Source: Podarcis vaucheri (Eukaryota). Taken from it: 64,000 bases of DNA. Positions 26,601-37,234 of the stretch are shown here, piece after piece; position 1 is the first letter of the stretch, and each line of letters begins with the position of its first letter. The notes beneath the pieces are model-generated. The model saw only the letters and a program-made list of their open reading frames with translations. It searched no databases and had not been told where the DNA came from. The DNA lies in the NCBI GenBank assembly GCA_965113315.1, contig OZ220363.1. One strand, 5' to 3'. The position numbers were made by a program, and so were the translations under genes.

Positions 26601-29600
26601 ATCTAGAAGAGGTTTTCTCTGCAACTCCCAGACACAATAACTGCCTACCAACAGTGCTTTCATCTTGTTGGGTTTCAGTTCACTCTCAAGTCAGTGTATA
26701 AATACATTAAATAAATAAATGGTAATGGTGAATGTTTTCTGATGCCCTAGGCAACTGCCAGCAAATGGCTAGTTTCACTCCATTAAGTTGATGTTCAGAT
26801 CCTGTATGTCTAAGTCATTTATATCTAATTAAAAACAACAAGCAAATTACTGTCTGTTTTGTATCTGATTTGCTTCTGCTCATTCTTTCTTGCAACAGCC
26901 ATCCTACTTCAATAAGGCCAGAATATTTGCCAGGTGCTAGCAGCCTAGCTCAGGTCAAAGGTATTCTGAAGACTGTAAACAAACATCCATTCTGAAATAG
27001 CATTTTTGGTGATAAAGATATACCATCTGATAGCATCATGCCAAGGGCAAGAATGAATGGACCTGTTTACCACACACACTCATTGCACCAGATTATGGAA
27101 GAGGGCCAAGGTGCTTGGCTACCTATGTGCAGCTGAGAAAGTTGCATAATTGTTGCCTCTCCTTACAAAAAAAAGGTTGTTTGATTAAATCAGTGTCCTC
27201 TTCTAATCAGTGGCCTTTTTCTTTTCCTGGTTATAAGCAGTAATTCTTCCTGTGCCTTTTCTACCTTTTCCTTTCTCAGTTTATTCTGCCTCCAATTTGC
27301 TGGTGCTGTTGAATGACTGGATCCTTCGGAAAGAGCTGCAGCCCCCTCTTTCTGTGGTAAGAATCTTTTCTATGCAAGAGAAGAGGCAGGTGGGGTACAA
27401 TCCCTGTCTCCCATGCCAAGGACTAGAATGTCGCTCCTGGATTTTATCCTGTTGGCAATAGATTCTGAAGCTGCTGCTATCTGGTTGAATCTTGGGCACC
27501 TGCCAGCCCTTGTCTGCTTGCGCCACAACATTCTGGAAGGTTGATGAAAGTTACAGTGGCCTCCAGGAATACTGCTGGCTTATACTGTGAGTGACACCAG
27601 TTTCTTGAGCCGTTCAAAATCCAACTCTTCCTTTACCTGGTGTGCACCACATGAACTCTGGCCTCTATGTAATTCCCTTTGAGGATTGGGGTGGGGATGC
27701 AGGCGAAAGAGCCCAATTGATCTTTCACAGAAATCAATATATTCTTTAGGATCTTCTTCCATTTCAGTTGTGGTGGTAGAACAGAAAGCATCAGGCCCTG
27801 CTGAGTTTAAAGGAAAGTTTGAGGACATGGGGTAGCATTGAAGGTTTGGAGACAAAGGGAGCAGGTTGTTCAGCCATCTGGGGACTGACAAAATAAATGA
27901 TGATGATAATCATCATTAATAATTTTATTATTTATACCCCTGTGATTATAAGAATTTGTGTAGTGCAGTCCTGGCATTTTGGCTCACCAAGCAGTCCCGT
28001 TCAGTATTGTGGGATGGAATTTTTTTCCAGTCCTTCATTTTTTTGTGGAAAGCTTTCTATTTTCATAAACTCATTAGTAATGATTAAATGGATGTCAATT
28101 ACAAATATGGTATAAGGCAAACTTGGCAGTTTCAATGTGTTTTGTTTACTAAGCACAAGTAGAATAAACACGCTAAATTAGATCACTCTCTAGGGCATGA
28201 GAAAATTTTCCAGTGCCAACTATTTTTTATGCAAATTACATTAATTTGTATATGTTTTTCCCATATTGAAATTTTCTGAAAAACCCACATCACAGGTTCT
28301 GCTGTGTTCAAGAGAGCTTACTCCCTAGTCTTCCTTAAGATTGCAGCCTGCAATGTAGGCAGTTTGCAGAAAGGCATTATTAACACTGAATGCAGAACTC
28401 TTCTCCCAACATAAATGGCTCTTACTGTTCCACTTCTTATGGTCATGAGAAAGAGGTTGCTGATTAAAGATCCAGCTAATTCAGCCTTTGGCAAGCTGAG
28501 GCTCTCCAGATGTTTTGGACCAGATGTTTTGCACCAGCCCTAGTCAGCACATGACATGCCCCAGATTGGTGAAGGCTGATTTGATCCAATGTTGTAAAAC
28601 AGTGACTTCCCAGCAGAGATCTGTAAGCAGGGAATGAGAAAGGTAGCCATCTTCTGTTACTTACCCCCACCATGTGTCCCAAGAGACTTTTTGCTAACTT
28701 ATTTGTCAGGAAAGCTTGAGTTCGGCTAACCTCTCTACCTGCAGGCAAACACAACTGTGGCACACAGATCTTTGTTGTTGTGTGATTGATGAGCCTGTGC
28801 GAGGGTATTTAAAGCTGGAATCCAGCTGGTTCCCTTACTTTCCTTTGTATGAGGGACTCTTGATCCATTCCTCCTCTCAGGCCCCCCAGAGTCACCTTGC
28901 TACAGCTTTGGCTATGCCTTGAAGCTGGTCGCATCATGTTGTCTCTCACTTGCCTCTTGCTTTGCAGGCACTTCCCCAGCAGAAACTGTTGACATGGCTG
29001 AGTGTCATCGAATGCGTGGAGGTCTTTGCCGAGATGGGGGCTGCCAAGGTGTGGGGTGAGACTGGTCGGTGGGCCATCATTGTCCTCATCCAGCTGGCCA
29101 AGTGAGTGTTCAATGGAGAGGAACTATTGCACCTTGTGAATCCCAAGGGTGAAAATGTGAATCCTTTGGTGGGAGGCGGGGGAAAGAGACCCTTGTTGGA
29201 ACGTTGATTGTTAGGGTTAATGTGCCACATTAAAGTGGTACCTCTGGTTACGAACGCTTCAGGTTATGAGCTCCGCTAACCCAGAAGTAGCTGCTCCTGG
29301 TTGTGAACTTTGCCCCAGAATGTAAACAGAAATCATGCACCTTTGGCACATGGGCAGCGGGGAGGCCCCATTAGCGAAAGCGCGCCTCAGGATAAGAATG
29401 GACCTCTGGAACGAATTAAGTTCGTAACCAGAGGTACCACTGTACTCTAGGTTGGGCACTTCCTGCATGACACTGAGAGCACTGTTCTAGTTTTACAATG
29501 TTCCCTAGTTGCAGTGTTCCATCATGGGACTGGATTGGGTCATTGTACTCAGATAGCACCTTGTTCCAACTGGGCCTGCCCAAGGAGCTGTATGCCTTTG

Positions 29601-32600
29601 GGATTCCTTCAGTTACAGTTCCCCAGTTGCATCCCTCACTTGATTGCTGTCTTAACTCTTCCTTCTCCTCCAGTGATTGTAGCTGGAACTTCTGGTAACA
29701 GCAGCAACCTGACGGGAACCTCACTGTACACATATCACTGAACAGGGTTGCAAATGCAAGGTTGCATGAATGGTCCTGTGATGGCAAATCGGAGAGCTGT
29801 GTCTTTCTACCGCCTTGGCATTTATAGCCCTTGATTTGCTTTAACCCACAGGGCCATCTTGCGCCTCCTGCTCTTGCTGTGGTACAAAACTGGCATCCAG
29901 ACATCTCCTCCTATTGTGCCTCTAGACAGAAGGCAGTCATTGCAGCAGAAAGGTGAGTCAGGTGCATGGTGGATTGCAACCACTTTGGCTTTAGTCAGGA
30001 AGGAAGTTCCAAATGCCAGCCAACTGACTGACTAGGTTTGAGAAAAGGAAGGCTTTGTGTAACCTGAGCAGCAGAAAATCTTTGTCATTTCACCACATGT
30101 TCATCTCGGTTTTTGCAGACTCTTTCGCAGACTGTTGAACTCCCTATGGCCCTTTAGCTGTTGCTGGACTCACATCAGCCCCAGCCAGCATAGCCCATTG
30201 GTCAGGGATGATGAGATGATGGGATGATGGGATGATGGGATGATAGCCCAAAAACATCTAGAGGGCATCTAATTGGCTATCCCTGTTTTTAGGCTTTAGC
30301 TTGTGGCATGATGTGCCTGGGACTTGCAGTCTTCCTCCCTGTTAGAAAATTTGAAGAGCATTTTCTGGTGCCCTGTCCAGGCTTTTCTTTAGTGTCAGCA
30401 GTCTGCAGAGGGTCACATTTCTCCTCAGACTTAATCCTCATGCCTGTGAGTCTGCTGTTCTGTTTCAATGAATGTGCGAACCTGAACAGATCATGAACTG
30501 GAGTGGAGGAGGGCTTTCCCCCGCCCCTTACTGTGGTCTTATTTACCTGTCTCCTGACAGATATGGAGGTAAACTCAATAGGGAAGGAGCGGATATATGT
30601 GGGGAAGCGCTGTAGCCGTGTTGTGAGATCTCTCGATAGCAGTGAGTATCTTTCTCGTTTGTCTCCCATGTTACACGTACGGTAGAACTAGGTTTCTGCA
30701 TGTGTTGCCAGGTCGCAAATGTAAAGTGTGCACATGTATACATGCACTCAGACACACAAGGGCATCTCCATAAACGGCAGCAGTTTTCGACATACCAGTA
30801 CAAAAAGGGTTTAGATAGTTTAAATTATTTTATTTTATTTTAAATTGTATTGTTTTAACAGATTGATAGCTGGCTGCCCTGGGGTCTTTGGGAGGAAGGT
30901 TAAGATAGAAATTAAATAAGTTGTTGCACAAGTACAGAGAATGCCGACATTCTGCTGATGGCTGAAGGCAGCCCTGTTTAGGGAAGCTTTTAATGTTTAA
31001 CAGACCATTGTACTTTAATATTTTGTTGGAAGCTGCCCAGAGTGGCTGGGGAAACCCAGCCAGATGGGCAGGGTATAAATAATAAATTGTTGTTGTTACT
31101 CATCCAAAGTATGATACCCATGAAAAGCTGAGTCTTTTTCTTTCTTCCTTTTTGATTTTAGCCCCATCCCTGCACTCCAGACATTGGGGAGCACCTCAGC
31201 AAAGGGAGGAGAAGCAGAACCGAAGAACAATGGAGACAGACCAGCTGCCAACCCCTTTGAGCGCCCAGGAAACAGTTGCTGAGTCCATCTACATTACCCG
31301 CCCGTTGCTCCACTGTATCCTCCCTGCAGTGTATCCTGTACGCCACCAGAGAGAGCTGCAGCCCCAGTGTGGAGCATCATGGCCCTTAATGCTGAGCGGG
31401 TCTTGACTCCTGGGCAAACTCTTGGAGGCTTTGCTTCAATCAGTGGGCCTGAAGATCTGCCCCAATTAACGTCCCCTGTTATTCTGAACCTGCTTTAATT
31501 TTTGCTGCTGTAGCCCCCATGGGCTCATGAGACGGCTGGGAAGTCTTTCTGCTTCTATAGTTTTTTGCCTGTTGTCTGTTCAGTTCCTTAACTCTTGCAC
31601 ATAGTGGTGAGCGTAGGCTTATGGGGACAGAGATCTTGGAGACCCTGGCTCCTTTCAGCAGTCTTGGATATCTCAAGGTCAGTTGGGATAAAAGCATTTC
31701 ATCATCCTGGATCCATTTTCTTTCACCTTGAATTTTTTGTAAAATGTTGATTACCTGGTTCTTTTTACTCCACTAGTGGTGTGCCTCTCTGCAGCTTCAG
31801 GGGGAGAAGCAGCCCCGCTGTGAGGAGCTGGCAGGAAAAGGAGGGCTTTATCTTTCATGGCAGAGGCTGCCGGGTTGTCCTCCTGTGCCGTTTGTTTAAT
31901 TTTATTTATACCCCACCCTCCCCGGCCAAGACCAGGCTCAGGGCGGCTAACGTCAAGTATAAAAACAATCGATTAAAATACAACTTAAAATGCAGCCTCA
32001 TTTCAGTGGAAGCCCAGATCAAAAACTGTTTGTGGGGAGAAAACGTCAAATCTTCACCAAGGTCAACTATCCAGACTGGTCCTACGTGGGCCAGAAAAAA
32101 GCAAAAAGCCAGGGAAGTCCCCAATTAGGGGTTCCATCACAGAAGGAAAAGGGAAGAGGGGGAGGGGATCAGGCTGATTCCAAACCAAAGGCCAGGCGGA
32201 ACAACTCTTACAGGTCTTACAGTTCCTGCTCTCTGAGAGATGGTACCAGGCTTCCTTTGAACCAGGGTGCACCTCTGGAACTCATTTTCAACAGCAGGAC
32301 TCAACTTTGGAACATAAAAATGGGAAGGAGAGAGTGAGAAACAAAGGGAGGGAGTGTGTGTTTGTCAAATTCCTCACCACTTAGATTAGGAGGAATATCA
32401 TTCAGGTCAACAAGTACTACTCTTAGGCAGGCTTGAGGCCTAGTTGTGCTCCTGTTTTTTAAAAAAATGATTAGGAGAATCATTAACAAAAAAGATTGGG
32501 AGAATAGCTTGGCACTCCACACCCACACCCACACCCAGCCCCTCATGATTTCTCTGCTTTCCCTTCTGCAGTTTGAGTTTACTGAGTGACATGAAAGATC

Positions 32601-34078
32601 TCAACAAGCGTGAGCGTGTGGAGCTGAGGCGTCGGACTCTCCTGCTGCTGTACTACCTGCTGAGATCTCCTTTCTATGATAGATACTCTGAGTAAGGCTG
32701 CCTGGCTGGCTTCTTTTCAACCATATTAAAATCCCCACCCCCATAAGGAGACCTCTGGATTTCTAAAAGAGAAACCTGTGGCTTGTGAGCATTCAGCACC
32801 CAAATGGGTCTTGTCTGTAAGCTCCATTCCGAGAGTCCCATTCCCATTGGGAAGGAAGCCATTCTCATGGGCTCATCTGAGGTGTTTTCTCTCTTTCTCT
32901 CTCTCTCTGTGTTCCTTCAGGGGCAGGATCCTCTTTCTGCTGCGCCTGCTGGCAGATTACGTCCCTGGAGTTGGCTTAGTCACTCGTAAGTAGCTGACTG
33001 TTGTGATTGGTCTTTTTAAAGGAAGCTGATAAAGGTTAAGGAGACCGTAGGGGAGAATCCTCCATTGGTTTTGGGATAACCAGTTCAAGGGGCTTTCTAC
33101 TCAGCATGTGCTTAGATGAGGGGTATTCAAGGATAACAGCAGGGCTAGAAGATCTCCACATTTGAAAAGTTGGCAGTAGGATCTGTGAAGCTGAAATGTC
33201 TCTTCAAAGACTTTAAGTGTGGCTACTGAAAATGCTTTGCTGCCGTTGTCTGCTATTGTCACATACGTATCTCCACAGCCTAAAAATATGCTGGTGAACA
33301 TTTGAATAAAATGTATCTTCTCTTTTAGTAGGATACATCAATCTTCCATATATTTGGTGATTGTTTCCTTCCCTGTTTATATCTAGCTTGGGATCTAATA
33401 TTTCATTAAAATCTCCTCCTAGTATTAGTACAGTGGTGGTGGTGGGGCAGTCAGGGAACCATCAGAGCAGCATGTGGCGGGAGGAAGACGAGATTGTTCC
33501 TTCAGTGTAAGCAATTCTGCTTGTCTGATCAAAGCATCTCAGTGCTACATTGAATGCTGCTCACTGTTTTGATACTTGCTTTTAAAAAAATGTACATGTT
33601 TTGGATGAAGGCATGGCTTACAAATTGTTTGAATAAATAGCAACTTTTAGGAGTTGACAATGACGATTCTGTGCAGAATCCAGACTTTTGAGCAACACAG
33701 GAATAGCAGTTATTATTACTGGTCGGTTTTCCTTCTCCAAAACATCTTTTCTGTCAAGACAAAGGGGGTCTATGCAAGGGACCCCTTCCTGAGATATATT
33801 TCATATCAGTCCTTCCTTTAGATATATGAATATTAGATCTCTCTTCTTGCCCTATGAATAGCCCTCCTTTCTTTCATATGCCCCACCTGTGATTTCAGAA
33901 CTCAGGATGTTGGCTGGGAAGGGGCAGTTGTGGAAGCAAATGTTGGCAAGTTAATTTCTCACATGTTGCTTTAAGGTCTTCCAGTTCATTTTCATATTTT
34001 TCTCCCTTCTTCATTTCAGGGCCACTGATGGACTACTTGCCAGCCTGGCAGAAAATTTATTTCTACAACTGGGGTTGA
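23281..34078 (+). CDS. PEX16: Peroxisomal biogenesis factor 16, complete 11-exon gene: join(23281..23416,25593..25628,27280..27356,28968..29101,29852..29952,30561..30641,31162..31314,31605..31677,32572..32691,32921..32985,34020..34078), 1035 nt, 344 aa
   Basis: Strong Kozak gccATGG at 23281. All exons are flanked by AG/GT and join in frame. Translation matches recalled PEX16 motifs: [100 protein letters not shown]. Confidence 0.97.
25593..25628 (+). CDS. PEX16: PEX16 exon 2 ([11 protein letters not shown])
   Basis: ttttccag acceptor, G|GTAAGT donor, 36 nt. Confidence 0.95.
27280..27356 (+). CDS. PEX16: PEX16 exon 3 ([26 protein letters not shown])
   Basis: ctttctcag acceptor, GTAAGA donor, 77 nt. 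Confidence 0.95.
28968..29101 (+). CDS. PEX16: PEX16 exon 4 ([45 protein letters not shown])
   Basis: tttgcag acceptor, GTGAGT donor, 134 nt. Confidence 0.95.
29233..29442. mobile_element. Tc1/mariner MITE in PEX16 intron 4 (related to 10771-11001)
   Basis: TIRs AGTGGTACCTCTGGTTACGAAC / GTTCGTAACCAGAGGTACCACT, TA flanks. Confidence 0.85.
29852..29952 (+). CDS. PEX16: PEX16 exon 5 ([33 protein letters not shown])
   Basis: cccacag acceptor, GTGAGT donor, 101 nt. Confidence 0.95.
30205..30244. repeat. (GGGATGAT)x5 tandem repeat inside a degraded hAT MITE
   Basis: gggatgatgagatgatgggatgatgggatgatgggatgat. Confidence 0.85.
30561..30641 (+). CDS. PEX16: PEX16 exon 6 ([27 protein letters not shown])
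   Basis: cctgacag acceptor, GTGAGT donor, 81 nt; YVGKR..RVVR motif. Confidence 0.93.
31162..31314 (+). CDS. PEX16: PEX16 exon 7 ([16 protein letters not shown]...[15 protein letters not shown])
   Basis: ttttag acceptor, U12-type donor GTATCCT, 153 nt. Confidence 0.95.
31315..31604 (+). other. PEX16: U12-type (minor spliceosome) GT-AG intron 7 of PEX16, 290 nt
   Basis: 5' site GTATCCTCC; perfect U12 branch point TTCCTTAAC at 31584-31592, ending 10 nt before the terminal AG (31603-31604); flanking exons join in frame (LLH|LVSVGLWG). Confidence 0.9.
31605..31677 (+). CDS. PEX16: PEX16 exon 8 ([25 protein letters not shown])
   Basis: U12 acceptor, AG|GTCAGT donor, 73 nt. Confidence 0.93.
32572..32691 (+). 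CDS. PEX16: PEX16 exon 9 ([40 protein letters not shown])
   Basis: cttctgcag acceptor, GTAAGG donor, 120 nt. Confidence 0.95.
32921..32985 (+). CDS. PEX16: PEX16 exon 10 ([21 protein letters not shown])
   Basis: CT-rich tract + ccttcag acceptor, GTAAGT donor, 65 nt. Confidence 0.95.
34020..34078 (+). CDS. PEX16: PEX16 exon 11, terminal coding ([19 protein letters not shown])
   Basis: atttcag acceptor; TGA at 34076-34078. Confidence 0.95.
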
Positions 34079-34441
34079 TTTGGCCTCAGCTCAGGTTATT
34101 GCAGCCAGAGGGCGCTCAGGCTAAAAGCAGAGGCTTGTGGTGGTAGGATGACTTTATACAGTGGGAGGCAACCTTGAGACTTTAAAGAACAGCAGCAGCA
34201 GCAGCAACACAACATGTGTCTTTCTATGGCTTATGCTAATGATTACCGAGAGAAGAGTAAGGGCTCTTCTGACATCTTTTTTTTAAAATGTATCTCCCTG
34301 TGAACTAAGAATGCTACAAAGAGTAGGTCTTAAGGTTCCTATGCTACTCCTCTCTCCATTCTGATATATGGTTTTGGATCTCATGGGGCTTATGGAGGGG
34401 GACCCTTTTTTTTTGGTATGTATTTTCTATGGCTATGAATG

Positions 34442-34447
34442 AATAAA
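34442..34447 (+). terminator. Candidate PEX16 polyadenylation signal AATAAA
   Basis: First AATAAA I noticed after the stop (about 365 nt), followed by GT/T-rich sequence; further AATAAA near 36093-36110. Confidence 0.45.
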
Positions 34448-36650
34448 GCCGGGAGTCGGCAGTGCTTTTGGGCTAATTTGGTCTGTTCTCTTGAATATTG
34501 GGGACGTGCCTCGCAGGAGGAGTAAGGTCTCTTGCTTTCTGGCCAGCTGGGATGGAAGGCAGAGAGTTTTGCAGACACTGCCAGTGCTTTGTTTCTGAGG
34601 TGAGACAAAAATTAGCATTCAAACCAGCCTGGAAATGTTTCCCCTTGTGCACACGCACACATGCACACCATTCTCAGATGCAACGGGTGGGATTGGATCA
34701 CTGGAATTAACCCTGTGAGGATATGTGCTCCAAACCATTTTCTTGATGTTATTATCTGGCACATAATCCAGAGTCATCACTGAAAGGCTGCTTCCAGACT
34801 CACAATAAGCTATTGCTGCTCTTTGCGCAAACCCATTACCCTTTTCTGGCTATACAGCCAGGCTTATTCCCCACCCCACCTCGTCTTTCACAGTAAAAAC
34901 CTATGCAGTTTGGTGCTGTGGTTGGCAGGGAACTGAGCACCCCTTGGGCCAGCTCAGGCAGCAAGCCAGGAATGTTCTTGGGTATGCTTTTTTCCTTGGC
35001 TTATTTCCAGTGGTCCATATGCTGCTCGGCTGGAGCCTGGTCTGCCAGGGGCTGTGGCTGCTGGTCTTCTCTGCCAGCCTGCTTAATTTCCTGCCCTGCC
35101 CTTGAGGATATGCAGCTCCACAGCTTGCAGACTGCCTGGATAACAGCTAGTGTGTGCTGCAGGGCTTCGCTGAACAAACTGCCGGTTGCGGAGGTGCTGG
35201 CAAGCAGGGCCAAAGGCCTCGGCAAATTGGTTGGTGTCTGCAGAACTGAGTTCCCAGCAAATGAAACATAAAGGCCTGAGCCGATGCCTGGGTCAAATAA
35301 ATCAGAATGGTTGCCCTATGCAAAGCATCCAAGAAGTAAGTAATCGAGTGCTTCATCAACTCTCTCCACCCATAAAGCAGCAGATGGAGCACAAAGTGCT
35401 TGTGCTGCCTACCTCCTCGGTTACTTACTGGCACGGTCTGTTTTTCCTTCTTGCTAAGGCTGCATTTACTGATAGGCCACTTCCCAGCATCTTCAGTCTG
35501 TTTCTGCAGTGGTAGGCTGAATACTTGGAAGGGCTTGCCATGAATCAGGGCCCACCAGGTTCAGAAGGCAGTCTGGAGAGTGCTCAGCTTGTAGATTTCT
35601 TTTTCCAAAGCTAGCAATAGCCTCCTTGCAACAGACAGGTGGGGGAAACTGCCCTCCATTTTCTGCTGTGTAGTACAATTTTCCTGCAAAACGAAAACCA
35701 AACCCATAGGAAATAAATGTTCTCAATCCCAGGGAAAGGATCTATGTACTGGAACAATTTGTTTAGTAGAGGAGGACTATCAGTCATTTCAGCAAGCTTG
35801 CTGATGAAGGAAAATCTGTCCTGTTTTCAGATGGCACACAAACTTCTTAAGTTTGTTGGAAGTTGGGGTTTCGTCCCCATCTTCCTACCTTCTCCCTGTA
35901 ATTGGTAGGTGCTGTCACCTCCTTATGGAGGGTCCTTGGAGGGATTTATGGGTGAAACGATAGACTACTGCAGTCACTACTGGCAAGAGGCCTTTGTTTA
36001 ATTTCCCCTTCTTTCCTACTCCATAGTTTCGTAGCAGTGACCAGTAGCTAGACTGATTGGAAGCCCATTTTCACTAGCTCACCAGTCTTCAAAATAAAGC
36101 ATAAATAAAAACTAAAGTGAGAGAGATGGAGAATTTGAATTTAAAGAAAGGGTAGGTGAGAGAGAAAAGTTACAGTCGGGTTTCTAGTCTCCATCTGATG
36201 AAGACTGGCCCTATAAGTTGAACCACATGGTTCAGGGCAGTTTAAAACAGGACCAAACATACACTGTATGCCTGTTGTGACACCTTAATGCAAGCAACTG
36301 ACAGATCCCCCTTCTCTGTGAAAGCTGGAGAGAGTGGGAGAGAGTGGGATTATCCTATTATGTCCCTGAAGGCTTCATCCACCAACTAAATTTGTCCCCT
36401 GCGAGCCACAAGCTCAGTGTACCAAGGACATAATGTTCAGCAGGCAGATAGTCACACATCTATTATACAGAACAGCACCTTTGATAGCCCCCTCATATGT
36501 GCTAGAATTTATACCAGTGGTTTATTAATACACTTTGGAATTTGGTTTTTGTTAGGTTAAAAAAAAATGGTGCAAGGTGGGGGGGGGGAGTGCAGTATGC
36601 CTCAGTCTCCTCACTCTGTCAAACTCGCACAGCTGCCTAACTCACTAGTT

Positions 36651-36786
36651 CAGGCATAGGCAAACTCGGCCCTACGGATGTTTTGAGACTACAGTTCCCA
36701 TCACCCCTGACTGCTGGTCCTGTTAGCTAGGGGAGATGGGAGTTGTAGTCCCAAAACATCTGGAGGGCCAAGTTTGCCTATGTGTG
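36651..36786. mobile_element. hAT-type palindromic MITE
   Basis: Long imperfect inverted repeat with exact 8-bp target site duplication CACTAGTT (36643-36650, 36787-36794); degraded relatives near 15700, 28480, 30130, 38360, 38550, 39835, 41080, 52545, 56630, 62980. Confidence 0.88.
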
Positions 36787-37169
36787 CACTAGTTACTTTG
36801 ATGCTGTGTTACTGAAGCCTGGCTGGTGCATAAGCTGGGGCTCTCCTCTTGTTCCTAGATAATGTGACTTCATGGGAAGAAAGCTATGCCTGATGAGAAA
36901 GTACATCATGTGGGATGAAACTTGTTTCTCTGAAATGGGGCTCAGCTAGAAGAGTTGTAGAAGCATGCAGCTTTGTCTGAGAGGACACTTTTTCCGAAGG
37001 GGCTGCACAAGTTGCATTCTTAGGCTGGCCCCCATTGGGCAGGCCCATTACCTAGGAATCGGAATGCTGTGTGTTCTTTACCCTTTGTGATGGCATTGTA
37101 GGCACTGGGAGCTGTCTTAAGTTCCATTGCTGAAAGCCAATAAGGGTTCCTACCCATTTGACTGGCCGG

Positions 37170-37234
37170 ATGGGATTCCTGCTTCTGTTGCTTCTCCTCA
37201 CAGAGAGAGGGCTGTCCATGCCAAGTCTTCAAAG
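37170..37234 (+). CDS. FREY1: FREY1 exon 1 candidate (MGFLLLLLLLTERGLSMPSLQR), signal peptide/anchor
   Basis: cggATGG with in-frame TGA upstream at 37131; donor AAAG|GTAAAA in phase 2, compatible with exon 2. Confidence 0.7.

Noticed and set aside
35018-35106. Signal-peptide-like mini ORF MLLGWSLVCQGLWLLVFSASLLNFLPCP* as alternative FREY1 exon 1
   Set aside because: Ends in a stop with no phase-2 donor; 37170-37234 fits better. Two other phase-2 candidates (about 35384-35511 and 35831-35904) lack a convincing hydrophobic core.
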